In this document: one piece after another, positions 10,091 through 20,938 of the stretch | Layout of the letters: every line of letters starts with the position of its first letter | Position numbering within the stretch: the first letter of the stretch is position 1 | Assembly (NCBI GenBank): GCA_963755715.1 | Contig: CAVWLW010000025.1 | Location: 64,001-128,000 of the forward strand | Reading direction: 5' to 3' | Origin: an uncultured delta proteobacterium | GTDB lineage: Bacteria > Desulfobacterota > Binatia > UBA9968 | DNA: 64,000 bases | The notes under the pieces: model-generated | What the model was told of the DNA's origin: nothing | What the model saw: the letters and a program-made list of their open reading frames with translations, nothing else | Database searches by the model: none | Translations under genes and position numbers: made by a program

Positions 10091-11242
10091 GTGAAGATCG
10101 CCCTGGCTCATAAGCGCCTCGATTTGAAAGGTGGAACCGAGCGGGATCTTTTCCAGACCGCCGAAGGGCTACGGGAGTTGGGACATGAAGTGCATCTATT
10201 CTGTAGCGAATTCGATATCGCCGCGCCGTCCGGCGTGATCTCGCATCGCGTGCCGACCCTTGCGTTGGGGCGATCGGCCCAATTATGGAGCTCTGCTCTC
10301 GCGACGCAAAAACGGATCAAGGACAGGCGCTACGATGCGGTAGTGAGCTTTGGCCGATTCTTCGCTGCCGATGTGGTTCGCTGCGGCGGCGGTACGCACC
10401 GAGGTTTTTTGCGCCGAATGGGTAACGAAGGCGGGGCGCTGCGCCGTCTCTGGCAAACAATGAGTGTTTATCACCGAAGTGTTTTGGCGATCGAGAAGCG
10501 CCAGTTTGAATCGGCTCGGATGAAAAAAATTATCGCGGTCTCGGCGGGAGTCAAACGAGATATCCTGGCTAATTATGCCGTGGCTCCAGATAAGATCACG
10601 GTCCTTTACAACGGGGTTGACTCGCGTCGCTTTCATCCTCAAAGGCATCAATATCGCCAGCCGGTGCGCGAGCGCTGGAAGATTCCGCTCGAAGCGCCGG
10701 TGGTATTGTTCGTTGGCAGCGGTTTTCGCCGCAAAGGCTTGGATCGTCTGATCTCGCTTTGGGCTTCGAAAAAATTGACCAGTTGCTATCTCCTGGTTGT
10801 CGGCGCGGATGCGAGAATGGAACGCTACCGAGCATGGGCTGATAGACTGGCTCCCGGCAGGATCGTTTTTGCCGGCCGGCAGGACGAGATTGAAAATTAT
10901 TACGCTGCTGCCGATCTGATTGCCTTGATGTCGATCCAGGAAGCTTTCGGCAATGTGGTGCTGGAAGCTTTGGCCGCGGGATTGCCAGTGTTGGTCAACC
11001 GGGAAGTTGGCGCCGCGGAGTTGCTGAAGGGTGCTTTGCTCGACGGCATTGTTGACAGACTGGATGAACCCAGGGAGTTGGAAGCAAAACTTCTGCGGAT
11101 GTTGGACAAAGCGCACGATGCGGCGGTCACGAAAGAGGCTCGGCAGATAGGCGAAACCTATTCTTGGGACGAGCATTTTCGCAAGCTGGAAATGATTTTA
11201 CTTGAAACCTGCGGTGCGCTGACGCAAGCCCGTGTTTCCTGA
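10091..11242 (+). CDS. GT4 glycosyltransferase (WaaG/RfaG-like)
   Basis: GGTER, GSGFRRKGLD, EAFGNVVLEALAAGLPV. Confidence 0.85.
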   Translation: MKIALAHKRLDLKGGTERDLFQTAEGLRELGHEVHLFCSEFDIAAPSGVISHRVPTLALGRSAQLWSSALATQKRIKDRRYDAVVSFGRFFAADVVRCGGGTHRGFLRRMGNEGGALRRLWQTMSVYHRSVLAIEKRQFESARMKKIIAVSAGVKRDILANYAVAPDKITVLYNGVDSRRFHPQRHQYRQPVRERWKIPLEAPVVLFVGSGFRRKGLDRLISLWASKKLTSCYLLVVGADARMERYRAWADRLAPGRIVFAGRQDEIENYYAAADLIALMSIQEAFGNVVLEALAAGLPVLVNREVGAAELLKGALLDGIVDRLDEPRELEAKLLRMLDKAHDAAVTKEARQIGETYSWDEHFRKLEMILLETCGALTQARVS

Positions 11243-12104
11243 CTTCGTTCACCATAGAGTGGGCAATGCATCGATCTGGCTCGATCGGAAATTTGCCGAT
11301 CCGGTGTTTATCGAGCGCTTAGCCGACGCGGACCAATTGTTGCGTGATCCGACATGTCAGATCATAAAAGACCAAAAGAAGATCAAAGTCGGTCGTTTGA
11401 ATGTGGGGGTGGCGGGAATCGTGCGGTCAGTTTACGTGAAACGGTACAATGCTTTTTCGCTGCGCTACAAAATAACCTCGCCGTTCATCCGCTCGGGCGC
11501 CTTGCGTGCGCTGCGCGGGGCGGCGATTCTTCGCCAGGCCAATATTGCGACCGCGGTGCCCGTCGCCGCGGTCGAGCATCGCTTCGGTGGCGTATTAAGC
11601 AAGAGTTTCTTTATCTCCGAAGAAATTGCCCGAGGCAAGACGATCGACGCTTATTGGCGTGAGCATCTTCGAGTTCTTCCGGGGCGCGAGGGATTCAAGC
11701 GAAGACGGAATTTTTTGATCAGTTTGGCCTGGATGTTTCGCACTCTGCACGCGCAGAACATCTACCACAACGATTTAAAGGACGCGAATATTTTGGCGGT
11801 CGCGAACGCCTTTGAATCCGAGTCTTTGGCTCTTCTTGATCTTGAAGGAATACGGGAATGTTCGCTTTTGAGCGACAAACGCCGGACCAAGAATCTTGTT
11901 CAACTTCACCGTACCCTGGGACGAAATCTGCGGTGGACGGATAAAGCAGTTTTTCTCAAGAGCTATCTCGATGTCTCGTTTGTCGATGGACGCGTGAAGC
12001 GCCGCCTCGTTGAAAATGTGCTGCGTGAGTCGCGCCGAGTCGATCTCTTGAAGTCGTTTTCCGCAGCGGACAATGACGTTTTCGAAAAACCCAGCCGCGC
12101 TTGA
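11232..12104 (+). CDS. LPS kinase, Kdo/WaaP/InaA family
   Basis: YVKRY, HNDLKDANIL, LLDLEG, NLVQL. Confidence 0.75.
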   Translation: MFPDFVHHRVGNASIWLDRKFADPVFIERLADADQLLRDPTCQIIKDQKKIKVGRLNVGVAGIVRSVYVKRYNAFSLRYKITSPFIRSGALRALRGAAILRQANIATAVPVAAVEHRFGGVLSKSFFISEEIARGKTIDAYWREHLRVLPGREGFKRRRNFLISLAWMFRTLHAQNIYHNDLKDANILAVANAFESESLALLDLEGIRECSLLSDKRRTKNLVQLHRTLGRNLRWTDKAVFLKSYLDVSFVDGRVKRRLVENVLRESRRVDLLKSFSAADNDVFEKPSRA

Positions 12105-13081
12105 AGCAGCTGTTTCGTCGCGGTGCGGCAAGCGGTGGTTTGTTATTTCGCTCTTCACCTATTAGCGAGTTTGCCTTGATTCACCGTCTAAGCGTCATTA
12201 TCCCCACCAGGAATCGAGCGAGAAGCTTAAAAGTATTATTGGATAGTCTTCAGAATGCCGCTCGGCCGAGCTCAGCAGAAATCGAAATTATCGTTGTGAA
12301 TAACGGCTCCACCGATGAAACATCTCAAATTCTAAATGAGGAGGCCGCGATAGCGCGCCCGCTGGACTTGGTAGTTCTGCACCAACCCATTCCCGGCAAG
12401 GCAAATGCCATCAATCTCGCCCTCACCGTGGCTCAGGGGGAGATATTAATGATTGTCGACGACGATGTCTCTATTCATCCACAGTGTTTGGTGAAACATC
12501 TTGATGCATATGAGCAAGGCAGTTTTTCTGCCCTTCAGGGAAAAGTTCAGCCGGGCAGAGATCTGAAAGGGCAATGCGCCGATCCAAGCCAATTGCAAAA
12601 ATATAATATTCCTTTGGTCGATTATGGCGATGAGATTATTCAGATCCAGGGTTTGACCGGAACGAATATGTCTTTTAAACGCGAGGTTCTCGAACGCATC
12701 GGTGCTTTTGACGTTCGTCTCGGACCGGGCGCTTCGGGTTTCAGCGAGGATACGGAATTCTCGATGCGAATTCGGCGCGCCGGGTTCAAAATCGGTTATA
12801 CGCCGCTCGCGATTGTCTATCATGAGCTGAACCCGGAGCGTTATGGGCGAGCCTACAACCGCGATGTCGAATATCGTAAGGGTGTCAGTCGCAGCCTGTA
12901 CCGTCATGATTCGATCGCATTCAAAGTACTCCCCAACCTTGTAGCCAACTGCCTGCGCTACGGTATCTACCGGATTTTTGGACGAAGTCAAAAAGTGTAC
13001 AGAACCGAAGGGCGCATCATGAAGTGTTGCGGCTACCTGATGGGCAAATTGCGTCCATACTTAGCACGGCGATCTGTGTAG
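12101..13081 (+). CDS. GT2 glycosyltransferase
   Basis: SVIIPTRNR, VNNGSTD, VDDD, SEDTEF. True start possibly about 12176. Confidence 0.8.
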   Translation: MKQLFRRGAASGGLLFRSSPISEFALIHRLSVIIPTRNRARSLKVLLDSLQNAARPSSAEIEIIVVNNGSTDETSQILNEEAAIARPLDLVVLHQPIPGKANAINLALTVAQGEILMIVDDDVSIHPQCLVKHLDAYEQGSFSALQGKVQPGRDLKGQCADPSQLQKYNIPLVDYGDEIIQIQGLTGTNMSFKREVLERIGAFDVRLGPGASGFSEDTEFSMRIRRAGFKIGYTPLAIVYHELNPERYGRAYNRDVEYRKGVSRSLYRHDSIAFKVLPNLVANCLRYGIYRIFGRSQKVYRTEGRIMKCCGYLMGKLRPYLARRSV

Positions 13082-13104
13082 CTAATTTCGACAGCTTTCG
13101 CGTC

Positions 13105-14010
13105 ATGCCCCAACAACCGGCCGTATCGGTAGTCATCGCAACCTACAATCGCGCCAGTTTTTTGCGAGAAACTATTGAGAGTGTTCTCAATCAGAGTTTC
13201 AAGGATTTTGAGCTCATCGTCGTGGACGACGGCTCAACTGATGAGACCCGGCAGATCCTAACGGCGTATGGATCGACGGTGCGGCCCTTTTACCAGGATA
13301 ATCGAGGACCTTCGGCGGCGCGTAATCTCGGCGTTCGCCATGCTCGAGGGTCTTGGATCGGCATACAAGATTCCGACGATTTGTCTGCACCAAACCATTT
13401 GGAAGTGTTGCATCGGAATACGCAGGCGCACCCGGAGTGCGCGATGATCTTCGCCAACGGCAAATATCTCGGCGGACCGGAGCATAACCGCGACGAGATC
13501 ATTCCCACGAAGAAGTCACGCGCTTTGGCCGCTCAGGGAGTGCGTCTGGAGAATATTTTTGACAAAAGCATCGTGCGATTGCAGGCGAGCCTGATCTCGA
13601 AAGCAGCCTATGACGCGCTCGGTGGCCATGACGAGAGTTTGCGAGTGTGCATGGATCTCGATCTCGCGCTTCGCCTGTTTATGAATTATCGGGTGAGATA
13701 CATTGATGAGAGCCTCTTCTATTATCGGAAACACGAGGGCAACATCGGACGCAACGAGGAACTTAGGTTGACCGAGAATATCCGGGTAATCGAGAAATTG
13801 CTTCATCACTATCCTGAAGCCCGGCAAATTTTAGGGGAAGGCAAAGTATCGCGCCGTTTGGCTTATCGCTATTATCGTCTGGCAAAAGGTCGCTGGAAGC
13901 GCGGCTGCTACGAGGAGGCGCGTCAAGCTATCGGGGCGGCCCTTTCGCTGCGGCCCTACGCCGCGAAGTATCGGTTCTACCAGCTTCGTTGGCAGTACTT
14001 GGCCCGATAG
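13105..14010 (+). CDS. GT2 glycosyltransferase with helical/TPR-like C-terminus
   Basis: VSVVIATYNR, VDDGSTD, GPSAARN, QDSDD. Confidence 0.85.
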   Translation: MPQQPAVSVVIATYNRASFLRETIESVLNQSFKDFELIVVDDGSTDETRQILTAYGSTVRPFYQDNRGPSAARNLGVRHARGSWIGIQDSDDLSAPNHLEVLHRNTQAHPECAMIFANGKYLGGPEHNRDEIIPTKKSRALAAQGVRLENIFDKSIVRLQASLISKAAYDALGGHDESLRVCMDLDLALRLFMNYRVRYIDESLFYYRKHEGNIGRNEELRLTENIRVIEKLLHHYPEARQILGEGKVSRRLAYRYYRLAKGRWKRGCYEEARQAIGAALSLRPYAAKYRFYQLRWQYLAR

Positions 14011-14146
14011 TCCGCGTGGCGGAAATAAGCATCATCGTCGCCACGTTCGATTTGACGCGATATGGGGCTATAGCTGGTATTCGTTGCGCAAAAATCTGCC
14101 GAAAATCAGTCGCAACTGAAGAAGCCCTCTTCCGGAGCAAGTCTTT

Positions 14147-14948
14147 GTGAACGACGATAATCATTCACAAGTGAATACGGTCTCGGCTATCGTCGTGTGC
14201 TTCAATGAGGAAGAGCGCATTGGCGATTGTCTTGAGAGTTTGCGCTGGTGCGATGAGATCGTGGTGGTCGACTCTTTCAGCACGGATCGAACGCCGGAGA
14301 TTTGCCGCGGCTACACGGATCGGTTTATCCAGAGGGAATGGGCAGGTTATCGCGATCAGAAAGCCTTCGCCCATTCACAGGCGACTAAGGATTGGGTCTT
14401 TTCTGGTCGATTCGGACGAACGGGTAACCGCGGAGTTACGGAACGAAGTAGAAGACGCTCTGGTCCAGGACAACGGCCGCTACGCCGGATACGCGGTGCC
14501 GCGCCTTGTTCATTATCTCGATCGGTGGTGGCGTCGCGGCGGTTGGTATCCCGACTACGATGTTCGCTTGTTCCGGCGCGAGCGCGCGACTTGGGGCGGT
14601 TCCGAGCCGCATGAAAAGATTCTCGTCGACGGCGCGGTGCGCCGCCTGCGCAATCCCTTGCATCATTATTCTTATCGTAATATCGAAGATCACCTGCAGC
14701 GCATCAATCGGTTCACGTCGATTTCATCACGAGAATCGAAAAAGCAGGGCGGCCGCTGGCGCTTGAGCGACGCCTTGTTGCGTCCGGCGGCGCGTTTCTT
14801 TCGCTCGTATGTTTTAAAGCGTGGTTTTATGGAAGGCTTCGCTGGATTCTACGTCGCGGTGACGGCGGCGGTTTATGTTTTTCTCAAGTATGCTAAGCTT
14901 TGGGAGCTCGAATTAGGGGAGAAGAAAAAACTTGGGCGGAAACGGTGA
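14147..14948 (+). CDS. GT2 beta-1,4-glucosyltransferase (KdtX/WaaE-like), frameshifted near 14400
   Basis: NEEERI, VVDSFSTD in ORF 14147, joined to LVDSDE, GWYPDY, PHE in ORF 14205. An extra T in a T-run explains the shift. Confidence 0.8.
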
Positions 14949-16030
14949 CAGCCGCCTGCTAAAGATTCTGCACATCGATCCTGAGAGAAATTGGGGTGGT
15001 GGGGAGGCGCAAGTATTCGGCCTGCTGACTTATCTTTCCCGCAAAGGACATCACAATGTGCTTGTGGCCCATCCGAACGGCGCGCTGTTTGAGCGATGCC
15101 GGGAGCTAAACCTTAAATTTCGTCCGTTCTCGATGCGCAATGATTTGGATTTGAGGGCCGTGCCCGCGCTGCGACGTTTAATTCACGCCGAGGACTTCGA
15201 CATCGTCCACTTTCATACCAAACGCGCCCACGCTCTGTCGCTTTGGCTGCCGCGCGCGAAAACTCGACCCAAGTACGTCGTCACCCGCAGAATGGACTAT
15301 CCCGAACGGCGGGGTTGGTATAGCCATTGGCTATATAACAAGAGAGTCGACGGCGTCGTGGTGATATCGCAGGCGATCGGCGATTTATTAGCGCAAGCCG
15401 GCGTCAATCGGTCCAACATTCGCCGAATATCGAGCGGCGTCGATCCGGAGCGATTCAAGGATGATTGCTCGCGGCGGGATGGGTCAAACCGAGTGGAGAC
15501 GATCGGCTGTATCGCTGGACTCGAGGCGCGCAAAGGGCAACGGTTTTTGCTTGAAGCGGCGGCTTCGTTAAAAGCCCAAGGCTTCAAACTTCAGTATCAG
15601 TTGGCCGGGGACGGCCCTCTGCGGACGGAGCTCGAAAATCATGCGATGCGTCTTGGGTTGCGTGATGAGGTGAGTTTCTTGGGCTTTGTCGCGGATACAC
15701 CGGCCTTTCTCGCCGATATCGATTTGTTCGTTATGCCTTCGTTATTCGAAGGGCTGGGCGTCGCCGTTCTCGAGGCGATGGCCGCGGGCAAACCCGTCAT
15801 CGCGACCCGCGTGGGTGGCTTGACCGAATCCGTGATCGATGGGGTTACCGGCATCTTGGTGCCCGCCTAGCGATGCGGCGGCGTTGGCGAGTGCGATTGC
15901 TAAATTGGCTCGGGCGCCGACATTGGCTGCCGAGATGGGTAGGCGCGGACGGGCGCGCGTGCTGCAACATTTTACACTCGAGCATATGGCGCGTCAGAAC
16001 GAGTCTTATTACTACGAACTACTATCTTGA
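14932..16030 (+). CDS. GT4 glycosyltransferase, frameshifted near 15865
   Basis: WGGGEAQ, EGLGVAVLEAMAAGKPV. The C-terminus (DAAALA...MG..GR) continues in ORF 15839..16030. Confidence 0.8.
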
Positions 16031-16040
16031 CGGCAGGTTC

Positions 16041-17021
16041 ATGCGATCGCTTTTAGGCACTCTAGAAAACTTTCGCTCCGTGCATTTGCTCGTGGTCGGC
16101 GATCTTATGCTCGATCGATTTATCTGGGGCGAAGTCGAGCGTTTGTCGCCGGAAGCGCCGGTTCCGGTGCTCCGCGTCGTGTCGGAGAATTTCTGTCTCG
16201 GCGGCGCTGCGAATGTAATTCATAACGTCTGCACTTTGGGGGGGCGGGTGACGGCGTGTGGAATCATAGGCAAAGACGATGCCGGAAAACGTATTGTCAA
16301 CGCGCTGCAAAAAGTAGGCGCCTCGACCGCGGGAGTGTACACGGATGCGCGCTTTCAAACGATCGAAAAGAGCCGGATCATCGCCAGTCCGCATCATCAA
16401 CAAATCGTTCGGCTCGACCGAGAAGCGCGCCAACCGATCGGCCAAAATACTTTAAAAAAAATTGGAGGTTTTATCACTGCCAATGCGCGGCGTTTCGACG
16501 GCATCGTCATTTCCGACTACGGCAAGGGTGCTATTCACGAAGATGTTCTGACAACCGTCGCGCGCGTGCTGCGGCGCCGCAAGCTTTGCGTCGTGGATCC
16601 CAAGAAAGAGAATTATGAAAATTACCGCTTGCCGGCATTGCTCACCCCGAACAAAAGTGAGGCGAGCGAAGCCTCGGGGATTTCGATCGTCGACGAGGCG
16701 AGCCTGAATGCCGCCGGGAAAAAGCTCTTGCGCAAGTGGCGCGCCGCGGCGCTGCTCATTACCCGGGGCGCGGAGGGCATGAGCCTCTTTCGGCCGGGTT
16801 TAGCGGTGAAACATTTTCCCACCGAATCGCGCGACGTTTTCGACGTGACCGGCGCGGGCGACACCGTCGTTGCGGTTTGCGCGCTGGCGCTGGCGGGCGG
16901 CGCCAGCTATGACGATGCGGCGGTGCTGGCAAATATCGCTGCCGGCTTCGTCGGTGATGAAGTTGGCACCGTGGCGGTAAAAAGCGCAAAGATCAGACGC
17001 GCGATCAAGGACAGCCTATGA
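16041..17021 (+). CDS. rfaE1: D-glycero-beta-D-manno-heptose-7-phosphate kinase (HldE kinase domain)
   Basis: GDLMLD, LSPEAPVPV, SDYGKG, TPN, DVTGAGDT. Confidence 0.9.
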   Translation: MRSLLGTLENFRSVHLLVVGDLMLDRFIWGEVERLSPEAPVPVLRVVSENFCLGGAANVIHNVCTLGGRVTACGIIGKDDAGKRIVNALQKVGASTAGVYTDARFQTIEKSRIIASPHHQQIVRLDREARQPIGQNTLKKIGGFITANARRFDGIVISDYGKGAIHEDVLTTVARVLRRRKLCVVDPKKENYENYRLPALLTPNKSEASEASGISIVDEASLNAAGKKLLRKWRAAALLITRGAEGMSLFRPGLAVKHFPTESRDVFDVTGAGDTVVAVCALALAGGASYDDAAVLANIAAGFVGDEVGTVAVKSAKIRRAIKDSL

Positions 17022-17866
17022 AAAGCATGACTGGATACGGCGAAGGGTCCCAAAACGTTCGCGGCACTAAAATCACCGTGCAGATCCGCAGTCTCAATCA
17101 TCGTCATTTGGACATGCAGTTGAGAGTGCCGCGCGAGTATCTTTCCTTCGAAGAAGAGATTCGCAAAGCGATTCGCGAAAAAATCTCGCGTGGAAGAATA
17201 GATTTATTCGTCAATCGATACGGCGCCAAAGTCCAGACGAGAAAATTGGAGATGGACGAAGGCCTGGTCGGGCAATACATCGCCGGGCTGAAGCAGCTCA
17301 AGAAAAGATATCATCTTGGGGGCGAGGTCGGCGTTTCGATGCTGACTCATATCGGCGACCTCTTTCATGTCCGCGAGGTCGAGGCGGACCATGGCGGTGA
17401 GCGCGAGGCCCTGCTCAAGGCGGTCAGTGGCGCGCTCAAAAAACTCGAACGCTCGCGCGAGCGCGAGGGCGCCCAATTGAAGGCGGACATGGACGGACAG
17501 ATCGAGCACATAAGACAAATCGCTCTTGCGTTGGAAGAACGCGCGGCGGAAAACGGCGTGCGATTACAACCGCCGTCGGCGGAAGGGCAAACCGTTACGC
17601 GCGACGGGGTGGAATTAACCGCAACGGTTTTAAAAGGCGACATCAATGAAGAAATAGTCCGGTTGAAGACCCATGTTGTAGCCCTGGCCCGCGTGACTCG
17701 CGAACGCGAACCGGTCGGGAAAAAAATCGATTTCATGCTCCAGGAAGTCAACCGGGAACTGAACACGATCAGTGCGAAGGTGCCGAATTTGCCCGTCATC
17801 CAACTCGTTCTCCAAGGCAAAGAGCGAGTCGAAAAAGTCCGCGAGCAAACCCAGAACATCGAATGA
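17018..17866 (+). CDS. yicC: YicC/YloC family endoribonuclease
   Basis: MKSMTGYG, RSLNHR, GKKIDFMLQEVNRELNTISAK, REQTQNIE. Confidence 0.9.
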   Translation: MKSMTGYGEGSQNVRGTKITVQIRSLNHRHLDMQLRVPREYLSFEEEIRKAIREKISRGRIDLFVNRYGAKVQTRKLEMDEGLVGQYIAGLKQLKKRYHLGGEVGVSMLTHIGDLFHVREVEADHGGEREALLKAVSGALKKLERSREREGAQLKADMDGQIEHIRQIALALEERAAENGVRLQPPSAEGQTVTRDGVELTATVLKGDINEEIVRLKTHVVALARVTREREPVGKKIDFMLQEVNRELNTISAKVPNLPVIQLVLQGKERVEKVREQTQNIE

Positions 17867-18519
17867 TACGCCAGACTACCTCGCTGGCCAAACGGCAAGG
17901 GATCATTTTTATCTTGTCGGCGCCCTCCGGTGCCGGCAAGACCACCCTCTACAACGAGCTTAAGAGAATTCATCCTGAGATTCGTCTCTCGGTATCCTGC
18001 ACGACCCGCGCGCGCCGGCCCGGAGAGTTGAATGGGCGGGATTATCGTTTTCTTTCCGAGCCTGCGTTCCGGGCGCTCCAAGAGCGCGGAGAGTTCGCGG
18101 AGTGGGCCAAGGTCCATGACTACTATTACGGCACGCCCAAAGAACCGTTGGATCAAAGCATCCGAGCGGGACGCGATATTCTCCTCGACATTGACGTTCA
18201 AGGCGCGCACCAAATCAAGCAAGCTTACCCGCAAGCCGTGTCGATCTTTCTTTTGCCGCCGTCGTTGATGGAACTGAAACGCCGCTTGGCGGCGCGCGGA
18301 ACAGACGGGAAAGAAATTATTCGCCGCCGGCTCGCCAACGCCCGAGGTGAAATTCGCGAGATTATCCGTTATGATTATTACGTCGTTAACCGGGAGGTGA
18401 AGCAGGCGGCGCAGGTCTTGAGCTCTATCGTCGAGGCCGAGCGGGCAAAAATCTCTCGGGTCACTAAATGGCGTATCGATCCGCTACGCCAGGGGGGCGG
18501 TCCCAAAGTTCATGGGTAA
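17863..18519 (+). CDS. gmk: Guanylate kinase
   Basis: SAPSGAGKTT, SCTTR..RPGE, YYGT, DIDVQGA. Confidence 0.95.
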   Translation: MIRQTTSLAKRQGIIFILSAPSGAGKTTLYNELKRIHPEIRLSVSCTTRARRPGELNGRDYRFLSEPAFRALQERGEFAEWAKVHDYYYGTPKEPLDQSIRAGRDILLDIDVQGAHQIKQAYPQAVSIFLLPPSLMELKRRLAARGTDGKEIIRRRLANARGEIREIIRYDYYVVNREVKQAAQVLSSIVEAERAKISRVTKWRIDPLRQGGGPKVHG

Positions 18520-20728
18520 AGACGGCAAAATTAACGATCTGGTTGAAAAAGTCCAAGCTTATTATCCAGCCGCGGACGTCGATCTTCTGCGCAAAGCCTA
18601 CGAATTTTCCGCCAAAGTACATCAGGGTCAAAAACGGCTGTCGGGCGAGCCGTATCTCATTCATCCACTCGCGGTTGCCAGCATCATCGCGGACTTGAAG
18701 CTCGATGTACCCAGCGTCGTCAGCGGGCTGTTACACGATACCGTCGAAGATACCTTGACGACGTTGGATGAGCTCAAAGGCCTTTTCGGCCACGAGATTG
18801 GGGCGCTCGTCGACGGCGTCACGAAATTGGGTCGGGCCAATTTCAGCAGCCGCGAAGAAAAACAGGCTGAGAACTTCCGCAAGATGTTGCTGGCGATGGG
18901 GAAAGATGTCCGGGTGATTCTGATCAAGCTCGCCGACCGGGTGCACAACATGCGGACGCTCGATCACATGCCGCCGGAAAAACAAATTCTCACCGCGCAA
19001 GAAACTCTGGATATCTATGCGCCGTTGTCGCACCGGCTCGGTATCGCCTGGATCAAGAGCGAACTCGAAGACCTGTCACTTAAGTATTTGCACCCGGAGA
19101 TTTACTATCAGCTCAAGCGCAACGTCGCGAAGAAAAAAACCGACCGGGAAAAATATACCGAAGAAGTGATCTCGATCATTACCAAGAAGCTCGAAGCGGA
19201 AGGCATCGAAGCCGACGTATCGGGGCGGCCCAAACATTTCTACAGCATCTATCAGAAAATGGAGAGCCAGAATCTGCTTTACGATCAGATTTATGATTTA
19301 GTCGCTTTTCGCATTTTAGTCGATACCCAGCGCGAGTGTTACGAAGCGCTCGGCGTGGTGCATTCCCAATGGCGCCCGGTGCCCGGACGTTTCAAGGACT
19401 ATATCGCCTTGCCCAAGCTCAATATGTATCAATCGCTGCATACGAGCGTGATTGGACCTTACGGCGAGCGGATCGAGATTCAGATTCGCACCCATGAAAT
19501 GCATCGGGTTGCCGAGGAAGGTATCGCGGCCCACTGGCGCTACAAAGAAGGGGAAGAGTTTCAGGTCAGCGACATTCAAAGATTTGCCTGGCTCCGGCAG
19601 TTGCTCGAGTGGCAGGAAAATCTTCAAGACCCGCAAGAATTTTTGCATAGCTTAAAAGAAGATTTGTTCTCTACCTCGATGTACGTGTTTACGCCCAAAG
19701 GGGATCTTTTGAATTTCCCCAAAGGCTCTACTGTGATCGATTTTGCCTACCGGATTCATACCGAGGTGGGGCACCGTTGTTCGGGCGCGCGGGTCAACGG
19801 CCAGCTGGTGTCACTTAAATATATTCTGCGCAGCGGCGACACTGTGGAGATCATCACCACGCAGCAGCAGTCACCGACGCGCGACTGGCTCAAGTGGGTC
19901 AAGACGCCGCGGGCAAAGGCCAAGATCCGCAATTGGCTGAAAATGCAGCAGCGCGAACGCAGCGTGCTTTTAGGTCGCGAGATTTTCGACGGCGATTTGC
20001 ATCGCTACCAGTTGGATTATGCGACCCTGCAAAACGAGGGCAAAGTCGCCTGGCTTACCAAAGAGCTCGGGATGAAGGATGAGGAGACGTTGCTCTCGGC
20101 GATCGGCTACGGGCGCATCACGACGCGCCACGCGCTTGCTAAGCTGATGTCACCGGAAAAACTCGATGCCGGACCGAGAAAAGCTGATGGCGCGCTCGAA
20201 TCGTTGTTTCGTCTGGTATCGAAACAGAAGCGCGGTTTGGGCATTCACGTCAAAGGGGTCGACGATGATGTCTTAGTGCGCTTTGCCTTTTGCTGCCATC
20301 CTTTGCCGGGCGAGAATATCGTCGGTTTTATCACGCGCGGGCGCGGCGTGACGGTGCACACGGTCGGTTGTCCGACGGTTTTAGAGAGCGATCCGCACCG
20401 CAAAATCGATGTCAGTTGGGAGGAGGCCGATCAAGCGCCGCGACCGGTAAAAATCGAAGTCACCTGCGTCGATCAGCCCGGCTTGCTGGCGGCGATCAGC
20501 TCGGCGATCACCAGCGCCGAAGCCAATATCGCGCGCGCGCAAATAAGAACTTTTTCCAGTCACCGCGCCATCAACACGTTCGAGGTGATGATAAAAAATT
20601 CCGAGCACCTGCAGCGCGTACTGCAGAATATCTCGAAGGTTAAAGGAGTCTACAAAGCGGTTCGGGGTCGCGGCAGGACCGGCGCCAACGTGGAATTAGA
20701 TCGCGCCCAGAAAGAAGAACTGCACTGA
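18512..20728 (+). CDS. rel: Bifunctional (p)ppGpp synthetase/hydrolase (Rel/SpoT)
   Basis: HDTVED hydrolase motif, RFKDY and YQSLHT synthetase motifs, TGS, CC and ACT domains. Confidence 0.95.
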   Translation: MGKDGKINDLVEKVQAYYPAADVDLLRKAYEFSAKVHQGQKRLSGEPYLIHPLAVASIIADLKLDVPSVVSGLLHDTVEDTLTTLDELKGLFGHEIGALVDGVTKLGRANFSSREEKQAENFRKMLLAMGKDVRVILIKLADRVHNMRTLDHMPPEKQILTAQETLDIYAPLSHRLGIAWIKSELEDLSLKYLHPEIYYQLKRNVAKKKTDREKYTEEVISIITKKLEAEGIEADVSGRPKHFYSIYQKMESQNLLYDQIYDLVAFRILVDTQRECYEALGVVHSQWRPVPGRFKDYIALPKLNMYQSLHTSVIGPYGERIEIQIRTHEMHRVAEEGIAAHWRYKEGEEFQVSDIQRFAWLRQLLEWQENLQDPQEFLHSLKEDLFSTSMYVFTPKGDLLNFPKGSTVIDFAYRIHTEVGHRCSGARVNGQLVSLKYILRSGDTVEIITTQQQSPTRDWLKWVKTPRAKAKIRNWLKMQQRERSVLLGREIFDGDLHRYQLDYATLQNEGKVAWLTKELGMKDEETLLSAIGYGRITTRHALAKLMSPEKLDAGPRKADGALESLFRLVSKQKRGLGIHVKGVDDDVLVRFAFCCHPLPGENIVGFITRGRGVTVHTVGCPTVLESDPHRKIDVSWEEADQAPRPVKIEVTCVDQPGLLAAISSAITSAEANIARAQIRTFSSHRAINTFEVMIKNSEHLQRVLQNISKVKGVYKAVRGRGRTGANVELDRAQKEELH

Positions 20729-20745
20729 ATCAGCGCGCCGGATGG

Positions 20746-20937
20746 CTAGGCGACTTTTTGCACGCGGCCCGAGTGAATGCAGTCGGTGCAAACCAGCGCG
20801 CGTTTGACTTGGCCGTCAAACTTGGCGCGCACGCGCTGCAAGTTTGGCCGCCAAGAACGTTTGCTTTTGTTGTTCGCGTGACTCACGCTATTGCCGACGG
20901 ATCGGCCCTTACCGCAAATTTTACAAATCCTCGCCAT
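20746..20937 (-). CDS. rpmB: 50S ribosomal protein L28
   Basis: [29 protein letters not shown]. Confidence 0.95.
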   Translation of the reverse strand: MARICKICGKGRSVGNSVSHANNKSKRSWRPNLQRVRAKFDGQVKRALVCTDCIHSGRVQKVA

Positions 20938-20938
20938 C

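Noticed and set aside
10283-11176. Long antisense ORFs (also 17365..18234, 33959..34813, 39900..40736) and the same-strand alternate-frame ORF 26810..27652
   Set aside because: Shadow frames of well-supported genes, with no recognisable motifs.
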